This document shows positions 14,031 through 27,287 of a stretch of DNA of 64,000 nucleotides, in pieces; position 1 is the first letter of the stretch, and each line of letters begins with the position of its first letter. Both the position numbers and the translations under genes were made by a program. Below the pieces are notes generated by a model. The model had not been told where the DNA came from and made no database searches. It saw nothing but the letters and a program-made list of their open reading frames with translations. The stretch lies in assembly GCF_009914755.1 (NCBI RefSeq), contig NC_060935.1, one strand, 5' to 3'. This DNA is from the human T2T-CHM13v2.0 reference genome, Homo sapiens.

Positions 14031-16926
14031 CTCTGCCTACGTCAACAGCTGAACCTATATCAATGTCTGTACTTATATTCTTAGAATTTATACTAAAATA
14101 ATGCTTCTTACACTGAGCAAGCATATGTCTTCCATAATGTAATCTGTAAGAGAAGATTGAAACTGCTTTTTTGAGTACGCTAGTTACTTGAGAGTGATCT
14201 TGAGCCCTTGGGTGGGAATAGCCAAGACAGGGAATTGATGGAATCATGCAGTTCTAAACATCTCAATTGGTGATGGAAACCAGATGCGCATTTCCTACTG
14301 GATCAGTGGCCACATCTTTTATTCAAGCAGCACATTAATAAGATGAAGGATGGGAGAGAAAGTCAGTACTCGCTGATTACATGTCCCTGAAAAACATAAC
14401 ATCCACAAGAATGGTTCAGTAAGCTGGCCTGGAAATGCCCTGCTCAGAGTAGTTTTAAAAATAATTTATAATATATGCATCTTCCTCTGTATTTGTACAC
14501 AGTTTCATTTAAAGTCCATCCATTCATGTTGAATTATACTTTGAAGCCAGGTGATTTACTCCTGAAGCCAGTTGCCATGTAAAGAATAACTAATTTTAAA
14601 AAATAAACTCAGTAAAGTCCCTAACTGCACATGTGTATAGTTTGTAAATTCTACATGTAAAATTCTAGATACTAATACCACCTACACTCCACTAGTCAGA
14701 GGAATACTGTATGAGTGTATTCATTCTTTCCTTGTTTCTTTAAATCTTTTCCTTTGATCTAAAATCATTTGTCTGACAAGTCTCCACTGTTGATTCAGAG
14801 AAGACAGCATCAGGGTATGTTTTGCCTAGAGCTCTGCCTGTTCAAGATTATAAACATTCACGAGATAGTATCTTGAATTTCAAACAACAGGAGAAGCGGA
14901 AGATTGTGTATAAATTATACATATATACGGCTTGGTTTCTATCTCTGGAATACTAACCTATATAAATATGCAGCAATGAGTGATGCTAGAAATGTACCTG
15001 TCATAAAATGGGAGACAAATGCTTTCACATCTGTCATGGAAAGAGACATCTTATCAAGTGTCTCAATAACAATCTGGAGGAACACCAGAAAGTGATTTTG
15101 GCAGGGCTGAAATCCTATATCAACAGAGGCAGCCAGTGACATGAAACAGAAGTTCAAGCGTGACAGAAAAGTGGAACATACCTTGGGAGGCTTTTTTTGA
15201 AGTAATGTCGATAGTTAGACAAATTAGGGGTAATGATGGAAAGCTCTTCCCATGCCTGAAGGATAACTGAATTAAAGAGTCATAGACATTAGATGGAAAA
15301 GAGCTCCATTAAGGTCATCTCATTCATTGCCTGCCAGGAGAGGATTGTTCCCTAGAGCATATTCTATAGTACAATGGAATAATGTTTGAAAAAAAGAGAC
15401 TAAAAAGTTTTGTTTTAGCCTAGGTAACCACTGCAAATCAGAAGCCCTCAAACCGCTCATCCTGTCTTCTACCCTAGTTAGCAAATTAAAGTGATTAATA
15501 GATCTGGAGACTTCAGGTGTAGATAACAAGACACTGTCTGTATCAAAGTCAAAGGGAAAAGGCATTGATTTAGTGAAAAGGTCTCAACAGGAATGGCATG
15601 AAAAACAGAAAAGTTACACACAAAGGAGCCCTTTCCCTAGGTGGAACCGAGGGTTCAGACGCCTGTAAGAGCTTACCCTTAGTATTATTTAAGCCACAGT
15701 TTGCAGGTCTCTGAAGTTTTGAAACCTTTAGCACAGCATTTTAGATAGAAGAAATTCTTTATTCTCTTACTTGGATACTGTGAGCCTATAATGAAAAGAT
15801 CTCCTAAAGGTGTCCAGAACATTAAGACTTGAATAACTGAATGTGGGTCTCATAAAGGGCAATTGCTATGTCCTGATTCAATGCAGAGTATCCTGAGATC
15901 AGTGGTTAGGACTGAAATGAAAAGGGCAAAGTACAATGAAATGGGCCAGGGAGTGACATTCAGGAGTACAAGACCTGGCTCTAGCCTCAGTTTGCTTCTC
16001 CCAGGCTTTGTTTCCACATTTTCTCATTTTCATAATCTTTCCTTCATAGCTATTCGCATTGTAAGCCACAGAATCTCGAAAGCCAGATTCTTTCTCTAAA
16101 AAAAAGGCACATGATAAGAGGAGGGAGCAATGGAAAGTCTTTTCTTACTGAGATTTTTCAAGTCTCACTAGTTATGAATGTGTTTTGTACTTCAGGCTGT
16201 GTGTGAGAATGTGAGCCAGCACAACGTACATTAACTAGGTAATTGCACATCTCTCATCCTCAGTGAGCCAACTGGTTCTCAGGTTGTTAGAAAAGAGCAA
16301 AAGAGGGCATGATATGGAATGTTTCAGGATGCGATCTGGTAAATCTCTGTTCCAAAGGATCAGTTTACGGTAGACAGTTTTGTGTGGAGCATAGTTCTGC
16401 CTAGGCCCTTGCGGAGCATGAACTGGCTGTAGGGAAATGATGAGTGCATGTCCCTCAGTGAGAGATAGTAATCTCCACACATATTATGGTATTGCTGTTA
16501 CGCTTCTCTTTGCATCAGATGACCAGATCTCACATCCCAGACTGTCACTGACTCACTGAGGAAAGTCACTCTCAGCTTTAGTTTCCCCTCCAGAAATGGA
16601 GATAATTACTAAAACGGCTGTGTATTTCCTCACTGTTTATAAATTTTATAAGCCATAAAATGCTATATTTAAACTTATTTTATTTGGAATTATTGTAAAT
16701 TATGTGCCCCAGCTCATTTCCAATATTTTTGCTAGCAAAAGAGCTACTTTTTCTCTTTGTCAATCTGTTAATCCGGTCATGAATCAACTGTACTTCATTT
16801 ACCCTGTGTTTATGTTGTGCTCAAAATAGTGCTAAGCATGGTATGTTGAACTTCAGTTTAAAACGTCCCTTACTTTTATATTCTCTGTAAAAACAGTGGA
16901 CTACATATTTTCCTTTTGTAGGAATG

Positions 16927-17156
16927 TTTTATTTTTTATTTTAAGTTCTGGGATACATGTGCAGAGCGTGCAGGTTTGTTACATAGGTATACATGTGCCA
17001 TAGTGGTTTGGTGCACCTATCAACCCGTCATCTAGGTTTTAAGCCCCACATGCATTAGGTATTTGTCCAAATGCTCTCCCTGTCCTTGTCCCTCACCCCC
17101 TGACGGGCCCCAGTGTGTGATGTTCCCCTCCCTGTGTCCATACGTTCTCATTGTTC
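16927..17156 (-). mobile_element. L1PA8-type 3' end
   Basis: ttttaagttctgggatacatgtgcaga...tctaggttttaagccccacatgcattaggt, the recalled L1PA8 signature. Confidence 0.8.
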
Positions 17157-17555
17157 CTTCATCTCTATATTTTGTGGAATTGAGCTAATTTTTGTTGATT
17201 ATAGTTTCAGGGGTACATATTCAGGTTTGATACATGGGTATACTGAGTAATGGTAGGGTTTGGGCTTCTAGTAAACACATTGCCCAAATAGTGAACTTAG
17301 TACCCAACACATAGTTTTTCAATCCTTTGTCCTCTCCCTGCTTCCCTGCCTCCACATTTTTGAGTCCGCATTGTCTATTGTTTCTATCTTTATATCCATG
17401 GGTACTCATTGTTGAGCTCCCACTTGTAAGTGAGAATATGCAGTGCTTGATTTTCTGTTTGTGTTATTTCACTTAAGATAATGATATCTAGCTGCATTCG
17501 TTTGGTTGTAAATAATGTGATTTCGTTTCTTTTAATGGTTGCATGCTATTCCATT

Positions 17556-17557
<2 letters not shown>

Positions 17558-17590
<33 letters not shown>
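17558..17590. repeat. (TG)n microsatellite
   Basis: Read directly. Confidence 0.95.
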
Positions 17591-17593
<3 letters not shown>

Positions 17594-18012
17594 CACACAT
17601 TTTCTTTAATCCACCGTTGGAGGCTTAGGTTGTTTCCATGATTTTTGTATTATAAATAGTGCTATGATAAACATCATAGGTGCAGATGACTTTTTGAAAG
17701 AATGCTTTTATATTTTTTCCTTTGGGTGATACCCAGTAGTAGGATTGCTGTGTCGAATGGTAGTTACATTTTTAGTTTTGTGAGAAATCTCTGTGCTGTT
17801 TTCCATAGGGGTTGAACTAATTTACATTCCCTCCAGCAGTGTATAAGCATTCCCTTTTCTCATTTTTGCCATCTGTTGGTACTTTCCTTTGTTTTTTTTT
17901 TTTTAAAGTAGCCATTCTGAAAGGTGTGAAATATATGATTGTGATTTCAATTTGTATTTATTTGATTAATGATATTAAGCATTGTTTGTTGGCTGCTTGA
18001 ATGTCGTCTTTT

Positions 18013-18216
18013 TTTAATTTTACCTCTTCTTTTTTTTATTATACTTTAAGTTCTAGGGTACATGTGCACAACGTGCAGGTTTGTTACATATGTATACATG
18101 CACCATGTTGGTGTGCTGCACCCATTAACTCGTCATTTACATTAGGTATATCTCCTAATGCTATCTCTCCCTGCTCCCCCCACCCCATGACAGGCCCCAG
18201 TGTGTGAAGTTCCCCT
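18013..18216 (-). mobile_element. L1PA4/5-type 3' end nested in L1PB
   Basis: ttatactttaagttctagggtacatgtgcacaacgtgcagg... Perfect 9-bp TSD tcgtctttt at 18004-18012 and 18217-18225. Confidence 0.9.
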
Positions 18217-18904
18217 TCGTCTTTTGAGAAGTATCCATTCATGTCTGTTGGCCACTTTTTAATTGTCCATTGACCAGTTTGTTTTATTCTTGTCGAATTA
18301 AGTTCCTTATAGATTCTGGGTATTAGACCTTTGTCAGATGCAAAGTTTGCAATTATTTTCTCCCATTCTGCGTGGTTGCCTGTTTACTCTGTTTCTTTCA
18401 CTATGCACAAGCTCTGTAGTTTAGTTAACTCACATTTGTCTAATTTTGTTTCTGTTGCATTTGCTTTTGAAGTTTTAATCATAAATTTTCTTTCTAGGCC
18501 AATGTCCAGAAGAGTTTTTCCTAGGTTTTCTTCTATGATTTGTAAAGTGTCGGGTCTTAACTTGAAGTCTTGAATCTATCTTGAGTTAATTTTTGTATAA
18601 GGTGAGAGGTAGGGGTCCAGTTTCATTTTTCTTCATATGGCTATCCAGTTTTCTCAATACCACTTATTAAATATGATGTCCTTTCCCCATTGTTTATTTT
18701 TGTTGAGAATTGTACTATTTCTGAGAAATGTAATGAACCTTCTCTTTGAAGCCTTGTGATGCATATCTTTGGACTCTCCCTTCTCCTTTAAAAAGACACT
18801 CATTTTGCTCCTTAATTTTAGAAGGACATTTGACTATCTCTATGTGTCATAATTCTATTAATCCAAGTTAAAATTATCTCATGAAGCTTTATTAGATGAA
18901 TTTG

Positions 18905-19125
18905 CAATAAGAACTTAGAATATAAAGTCAGAAGACATAAGTTTGAATATCAAGCTGGGTCTCATTGACAGTACAAATTTGGGCAAGCTGCTTCGACTTT
19001 CAAAACCTTTCTCTTTTAGGAAAATGAGAGTGACAGTAGCAACTACATCATGGACAACATGAGATAATGTATTTTAAAGTATTGTGCAAAGAGTTGGTTG
19101 CCAAATGAGTGCCCAATAATATTAC
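18905..19125 (+). mobile_element. MIR
   Basis: aaagtcagaagacataagtttgaat...ttgggcaagctgcttcgactt...aaaatgagagtgacagtagcaactac...atgagataatgtattttaaagt. Confidence 0.6.
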
Positions 19126-19150
19126 AGTTGTAGGAATGTGTTTTCCTCTA

Positions 19151-19520
19151 TAAAGTCAGGCTTTTACATCCATGGATTCCACATCTGTGGATGCAACCAA
19201 CAATACATCGAAAATATTCAGAAAAAAATTCCACAAAGTTCCAAAAAGCAAAACTTGAATTTGCTACACATGGAGCAATATGTTGAATCCACATGAATAA
19301 AGTTATGTACAGGCATTGCATTAGATTTTGTAAGTAATCTAGAGATGATTTAGAGGATACAGGAGGATTACCTAGGTTATATGCAACTACTATGGACTTT
19401 GAATGTAGTACTTGACTATAAGACTTGAGCCTCTGCAATTTGGGTATCTGCAGGGGCTGAGGGATAGGAAGGAGGGACCTGAATCCAATCCCTCACAGAT
19501 ATGAGGAATAACTATACTGT
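19151..19520. mobile_element. MER2/MER2B Tigger-derived DNA transposon
   Basis: catccatggattccacatctgtggatgcaaccaac...ccacaaagttccaaaaagcaaaacttgaatttg...taagtaatctagagatgattta...ccaatccctcacagatatgagg. Confidence 0.8.
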
Positions 19521-21215
19521 ATTTCACCACTATTTAATTGTAGCATATATATACACACATATACATATATGCCTTCTGTCTTATAAATTGAAAAGATGTA
19601 AGTATCAACACAGTATTAAAGTCCAGGGAATTATAATATTATCCTGCATTTGCCATATGCTGAACTATGATCTTGGCAATGAATATACTTTATTTTAATG
19701 CTTAAAGTTGCCTGATGTGAAATTTCAGCTATGCTAACCATGTCATAGATACAGAAATTAAAGATAGAGATACTTTTCATATAAGAAAGTTCTTAAATAT
19801 TTGTGCACGTCGAATATTTCCAAACCAAGCAGTAACAATTCCATTTGAAATAATGATCTTTTGGAGCCAGTCTAATATGGAGACAGACAATATTTACCAC
19901 TTTGATCTATGATGCATGTGTTATTATTAGTCTTTTGAGATTCACATTAAATGACTGTTTTCAGTGGATGGATGATATTTACCTCTGTAATTGTATAAAA
20001 GTGAAGGAGAGAATGAGAAAATGAAAGCCAGATATTAGAAAAATATTCTGCTTTCAGTTGAGCTTGGAAACAGAGAGCTAATGAGATGGAGAATAATAAG
20101 AAAGACTATTCCAGACAACAGGAGTTCAGGGGAGACATTCCATTTACCAATATCAAAGTAATTAGTGGAGGGCTGGGATTGAATGAGAGGCAATTATAGA
20201 TTACAGATTTGCATCAGGAAAACAAGAAGTCCCTCTTAAGTTTAAAAACAAGAAAATATATGTTAGGAACAAATCCTTTAGTGAAGAGATAGTGAATAGA
20301 ATCGCCAGAGGAAGAGGGAATGGCTGTTGTGTGTACAGGTGTGGGCGTGCTAGCTTCTGAGATCAGCTTCACGTCGTACATCATGGAATGTGAAAATATG
20401 AACCCTGACAAGCTATTACAAAAGTGAACTGAGTAATTCAATTGAGAAGCAATAAAGGTATGGATAAGAAGTGAAGCAGAGATGCAACTGCGACACAGTG
20501 GTATATATGGACAGATTTGCAGAAGGGGTTTTAATGGGTTTTTAATGTGTTTGTCAAAGCTGTGAAAATCTTGGCATGTTGCCCCAAATCATCAAGGATC
20601 CATGCAAGTAGGTCGGAGGGAAGGCTTAAGACAGATAGTTAGATGAACAGCATGGGGCATGCCATCAGCAGCTGAAGGGAAAATAAAGTTTATTAATTAG
20701 GGGAATTAATTGGATAGCTGTGATTTTTGCCTTATGTGGTCAAAATAGATTGAGAAAACAGACTGTAAAGTGTATACAATTGAGTAGCTGAGCTTAAAAT
20801 AGAATCTTGTAACGGAACCAAAGTAATGAGATGGAAAATGGCAAAGACCAGGAGGTATGGATCTCATTCTACACTATCTGAAACTGTCACATTTATAAGG
20901 TATTATTAAGAATTCTTGTTTCTTAGAGACTTTAGTTCAAATCAATCCATTAAAAGGATTGGCCAGTTGCTTGGTGGCTGATGTAAATTAAATGCTATTT
21001 CAATGTAAAATGGCAGCTCTTAAACAGATCTTATTAAGTGTATCTATGATAATGAATTTCTTCTGACCAAATTTAGCAGCCTTTTCTCTCTTAAACTTTT
21101 AAAACCTCAGAGTAGTCTCGACAAATATGGTTTTTTTTTTTTTTTACTGTGATTTACTTCTTGAGTTTTCCTAAGAGTTCTCTGAAACTTTATTTTTTCT
21201 AGTGTAAGTTTCTGA

Positions 21216-21613
<398 letters not shown>

Positions 21614-22235
21614 TTACTTAATTTCTAACTTAGGGTGTCCATTCAATTTCTGTTGTACAATCAATAAAGCATCAATTCAAATAATCTTTTCATTAGATTT
21701 GAAGTTAAATTAATAATAATTAAAATACCCTGTTATTTTACAGTTAACAAAGCACTTTCTTGTATGTTACATAATACTATAAATCTGTATACTAGATGTG
21801 ATTCTCACAGATTTGGACTGGGTATGTGACTTGTTTGTCTTAAGATTACTTGTGGAGCTTAGGCTTTTGCATTTTGACTGTCAGTTCCATATTTTTTCCA
21901 AATTCAACATATTAAAGTACTTAAGCTCATATTCCATGCCAGAAACTATGCTAGCAGCTGAACTATGAAATATTTTGGTCCCAAACTCATTTGAGTTTGT
22001 GGTATAATGGGAAGGAATAACAGTTTTGAATCTGTATGACAAGAGTTTTGCTAGAGTTAAATAGGGAAGCAATGGAATTAAGACAGAGGAGAAACTACAG
22101 TCAAGATAAGGATAATGAGAGAGTTTCTATCGGGAGACTTATTCTGCCTGGGTTAGAGAGTATGAATAAAAGATTAAATTATTTATAGTCATAAGTCATA
22201 AACATATGCAGTGTTGTGGAAGTGTGGAGGGCATA

Positions 22236-22807
22236 TGTGATGGTTAATATATAATATCAACTTACTTGGATTGAAGGATGCAAAGTATTGTTCCTGGGTG
22301 TCTGTAAGGGTATTGCCAAAGGAGATTAATATTTGAGTCAGTGGACTGGGAGAGGAAGACCCACCCTCAATCTGGGTGGGCACCAACTAATCAGCTACCA
22401 CCTGACTAATACAGTACAGAAAGAGGAAATTTAACATGGCTAGGATAAAAACAGGCAGAGGAATGTGGAAGGACTAGACTGGCTGAGTCTTCCAGCCTTC
22501 ATCTTTCTCTCATGCTGGATACTTCCTGCACTTGAATATTGGACTCCAAGTACTTCAGCTTTTGGACTCTTGGACTTAAAGCAGTGGTTTCCCAGGGGCT
22601 CTCGGGCCTTCGGCCACAGACTGGAGGCTGCAATGTAAACTTCCCTGTCTTTGAGGTTTTGGTATTGGGACTGGCTTCCTTGCTCCTCAGCTTACAGATG
22701 GCCTATTGTGGGACTTCACCTTGTGCTTGTGACTCCTTAATAAATGCCCCTTCATATGTACATCTATCCTATGAGTCCTATCCCTCTAGAGAACCCTGAC
22801 CAATACA
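22236..22807 (+). mobile_element. MLT2A-type (HERV-L) solo LTR
   Basis: TGTGATGGTTAATA...CCCTCTAGAGAACCCTGACCAATACA termini; 5-bp TSD gcata/gtata. Confidence 0.9.
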
Positions 22808-23773
22808 GTATATAAAGACGAAATTTTACATATTACAGCATGAATGAAAGCAGATTGCAAGAGAGAAGGGACGAGACATAAACATGGGAATATATCATGT
22901 GTTTAGAGCTTTCAGCCATTGATTTTCTTTTAGCATTTGTGTTTTTGCCATTTCCCTTCCATTGCACAATGTCCTCATGTGACTTGTTTGCTAATTTGAA
23001 AATTCTCATAGCATATACAGGACTTTTTTGCATACTGGGTACTTGGGAATAGTTATCAACTGACAAAGTCAGGTTTTGACTCCTAATCCTTGGACTCTGC
23101 TTCTCTATATATGTAATATGTAGCCATTTGGGTGCAACATTTAAAGAGTATCATAAGTACTTTAATAGCTGCCAATACTAGCTATTAATAATGGGCTAGA
23201 TTTGCATTTCTTCTCTCTATCCTCTCCTCTGTCAAGTATAGATCTGCTAATCAAGTACAAAACATATTATCTGAGAGAAAATGACTATAAAAGCAGCATT
23301 CTGTCCACCTATTATTGGGTGGCAAAAATTCAGAGAGTAGGTCTATGGATGAATAAGTAACACAAAGCAAATTAACACAATCTCTGCTCTAGAAAAGGAA
23401 GGATTTTCATTTTTGGTGAAAAACTATGACAGTGAGTCAATCTAGATGAATTTGAGAACACAATTGGTTTTAGAGAAATAACATACCTTTTGATTTATCT
23501 TAGCCTACAGAAACTTATAAGGATGTTGATGAAAAATATCATTACCTTGCCAACTTCTCCTCTCAATTTTCCAAATACTAATACTGAGTTAGAAATCAGA
23601 CTTTCGAATCTCATATATATTTCATTAATATTGAGCCTCTTGGCAGAGATCAGTTTTATACAAAAAGGGTATAGATTAAAAACAGTTTAGGGGCCTTTCA
23701 AATTCATTTTCATTTAGTAAGGTAACTTGTATCAAGAGTAATTTTCTGACCCACCAGAAATTTTAATCACTAG

Positions 23774-24027
23774 TTTTAGACAGGGTCTGGCTCTGTTGCT
23801 CAGGCTGGAGTGCAGTGGTGCAATCTCAGCTCATGGCAATCTCCGCCTCCCGGGCTCAAGCCATCCTCCCACCTCAGCCACCATGCCCTGATAATTTTTG
23901 TACTTTTTGTAGAGACAGGGTTTCACCATGTTTCCCAGGCTGGTCTCAAACTCCTGGTCTCAAGCGATCTGCCTGCCTTGGCCTCCCAAAGTGCTTGGAT
24001 TAGAGATGTGAGCCACTGCACCTGGCA
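23774..24027 (-). mobile_element. AluJ (AluJb-like) with an internal ~30 bp deletion
   Basis: gggctcaagccatcctcccacctcagcc and ctcaagcgatc are J-type. The tcccgagtagctgggactacagg segment is absent; tail almost lost. Confidence 0.85.
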
Positions 24028-24499
24028 GCACTTTTTTGGATTATGTTATAAAGTTCAAATTCCTCAGCTTTATATTCAAGGCTCATGATGTTCTTTCCAA
24101 ACAGAATTATTGAGAATTAGTCTACTCATAATACTTTATGCATATGATCAACCTTCATCTAAAAATGAAGATATTAATACATACTTTCCATACGCCAAAT
24201 GCTAGTCATACACTGTAACCTCTAAAGAGAGCTCTAGTTATGCCATCACCCCAATTTCAACCCCATAACTGAAGAAAAATGAATCACTCAAGTACACCCA
24301 TTTTTCTACCATTGTACAAAGTGAATATTTAATTAGCAACAATAAATGACTTATAAGCGGAATCAAACTAGGGCAAGTGATTCTATTGATTCATCTTTTC
24401 TCTGTTTCTATATCACTTGAGAGTTCTCCCAGTCATTAGAAGGACAAGTAAAACCAGAGTGCAGCCCAGAGGAAAGAAAATATTGAGTGGATAAATCAG

Positions 24500-24810
24500 T
24501 GCAGGTCTATAATAGTCAAGAACACTGGCTGTGGGGTTGGATACATCTGGTTGTAAATGGCATTTCTGCTTTTAGTAGTTTTTTGGCTGCGAGCAAGCCT
24601 TTCTAAGTTTCTAACCTCTCCAAGCATCAGTTTTACATTTTAAAATAATTTAAAAACTTTGACCAGTATTATGGAAGAAAAGTTATGTGTTTATGTTGGC
24701 TGTGTGCCAGGAACTGTAATATGGACTTAATAGTATCCACTTCAATGCTTGCAACAACCCACAGAAGTGGGCATCAGAATTGTGTTTGTTTAACATGCAT
24801 CACAAACTAG
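24500..24810. mobile_element. Two MIR fragments in opposite orientations
   Basis: tagtcaagaacactggctgtgggg...gagcaag...ctctccaagcatcagtttt (+); tgtgtgccaggaactgtaat...caacaacccacagaagtggg (-). Confidence 0.5.
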
Positions 24811-27244
24811 CGGGATGAGCCAGTGATGTCCACTCATATGAAATATCAAAATATTCTCCTTTTTGAGGGAAGTAGATACCAGTCATAATGAGATTTTACT
24901 TCAAAAAAGTTTAGTAACATACAAGAACAGAAATAGAAACCTAAATGTTTAGAGAACTTTTATTCATTTACCATTTATTCATTTAAATACTGATATGAAA
25001 CCATAATATTAAAGGAAAAATGAACTGTAGAACCTTGATCCTGTGTAATTATTAATTATAATTTCTCTCACCTGTAAAAGGCTTTACCTAAGTATCTTTA
25101 TACCCAGTTTTATGAGTAAACACTCTAGTTGAAACAGAAAATATGAGTATTTTGGTATATTACTTAGGAATTAGGAAAGACACAGGTATACTCATATAGG
25201 GTAAAAAGAACAGGATAGAAAGGAGAAAGAAGAGTGAGGTTTATGAAAGTAGGTGAAGGAGAATGAGGTCAAGAGGGGAAAAAACAGAAAAGTGGAATTA
25301 GCATTAGTTAAAAAGGTCTGGAGTCCAGCAAGTAGTACGAGGAGTTAAGCAGCAGTGAAAAAGTGTTTAATTTCAGAGAAAGAATAGAGTGAAAGGGAAA
25401 TGGCAGAATAAGGGCAAGAGAACGTAAAGACTCTTATCAAGACACCGATGAGAATTCCTAAAATAAAAAATGTGACCTAGAATCAATTGGTATTTTTAGT
25501 TTAATGGTTACCTGAGAAAAATGCTACTGACAATTGTTGAATAAAGGTCACTCAATATTTAATTTTGGAATCCCTTTTAAAATTTATTTTGAATCTGGAA
25601 TTTTTTAGAAATCTAATATTGATTAAAGCATGACTTGTAATTAGCATCAAGTATTTTGTGAGTTTTAAGTATGCCAATTGATGGTACACATTTAGCACGC
25701 TACTCTCAACTTCTCGTAAGTCACTCCTTATTTGAAAACATGCCCATTCACACACACACACAAAAAAAATCACAATGCCTTGTTTCCTGGATATTTAAAA
25801 TTCTAATAATTTTAGAGATCATGTAAAGTAGTCATGGGTAAAAATGAAGCTACAGTAACTATAAAAATGCAAATCCCACTGGTTATTTCCCTATGTGGCT
25901 CTTGTAGAATGTCAAATATTTATGAAGGCCTTGGAGGGTGTCTTCCATGTACATGGAGGCATCTTATGTCTTGCAGGTTGCAGCTGCTGCTTCCCTACCT
26001 TCCTCTGCAGACCCACTGGAAATCTCCATGTCCTCCTGTCACCTCTTCTCTTGCTACACCATAGGCCATGAAACTTTCAAAATGTTAAAGTTGTACTGTG
26101 TTCCAGTATGAGGTAGGCAAAAATTCCTTTCTCATAATTTCTTCCACTTCAGTTAGAGAGCTGATCAATAAGTACTGCTTGTTCCACAATAAATATTAAA
26201 GTTTTGGAAAACTTTAGTTTGATTTTTATTTTCACTTTATTTCTGCTTCTGTATTCCTACTTTTCTGCATTTTGTCAGATAAATCTCTTGAGAATCATCA
26301 GGCTGTTTTTAGCTTCACCTGGAGGATAGACCTTTATTCCTTGGTCAAACTTATTGAGACTTTATTTTCTCTGATTGATTTTATTCTCAGAAAACCCACT
26401 GATATTGCATGAAAATAAACTTCTGGCCAGTTCATTCAGCCAGCTTGCCAGCCCAGCCCAGCAGAGGTTCAAGCTGAGATTTCTGCTATGGTTTAAAGAA
26501 AAGTGATGATGGTAGTGATGATAAATTTTAACCAAGAGCTTTGCCTGTGTCAACAGTGTTTCAAAGATACATATGAGTGCAAAAATTTTAGAGGCAGAAA
26601 CAATATTTTTTCGATTTTTATGTTTTAAGCAGAAAATAATCTTTATTTTTTCTTGTCTCAAGCCATTTACTTTTGGCTAGTTTATCCATACACTATGTAA
26701 AGGCCAAGTATACAACACCTGTTTAGAAAATTGCCCTGGAGCGTTCCCTGTTTTCACCCAGTGCATTTCAATGATTCTGACCTCCCTCCCTTTCAAATTT
26801 TGGATTCAATTCTTGCTTCGAAATCTGCTTTAAATTTTAACAACAATTTCACTCTTCTACATTTGACTTAATAGTTTTTACCTTCCTACCTGGATTTTGG
26901 CTTGCTCTGCTGATTTTGTTATTCCTACATTTTTATGGAAGAAAAAACAAATATTAATAACTCTTTCCTCTTCCATCCTTAGTTCCTCAACTTCACTGCC
27001 AGTGGCCTGGAGAAAAAGGGTGAGATAGTAGTTTACAAAATAATTAAACCGCCTAAATTAGTAGGTAATAAAGTCAGATTCTAGGACGGTTATAGGATTT
27101 TTCCAGAGTGTTTAGATGCCAAACTCCATGAAGGTAAAAACTATTGTCACTAATTATTTGTATCTTCTAATGAGTCAACAGTTTACTCACAGATAAGGTA
27201 ACCTTATTCAATTTGAAATTGACAGAAATTATTAGTGGTAAAAC

Positions 27245-27287
27245 CAAGACATGAGATTTGGGTGGGGACACAGCCAAACCATTATCG
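27245..27287 (-). mobile_element. Orphan ~43 bp 5' terminus of a THE1/MST (MaLR) LTR
   Basis: Reverse complement GATAATGGTTTGGCTGTGTCCCCACCCAAATCTCATG versus recalled consensus TGATATGGTTTGGCTGTGTCCCCACCCAAATCTCAT. Confidence 0.8.

Larger units (their letters stand above)
17189..18706 (-). mobile_element. L1PB-type 3' portion (3' UTR and ORF2 end) hosting a nested L1PA
   Basis: gtaatggtagggtttgggcttctagt...cccaaatagtgaac. Diverged TSD gaattgagctaattt (17177) / gaattgtactattt (18707). Confidence 0.85.

Noticed and set aside
16196-16238. Possible 43-nt exon (ttttgtacttcag|...ctag|gtaatt)
   Set aside because: Splice-like motifs of this quality arise by chance in 64 kb. No coding similarity or partner exons; needs RNA or conservation data.
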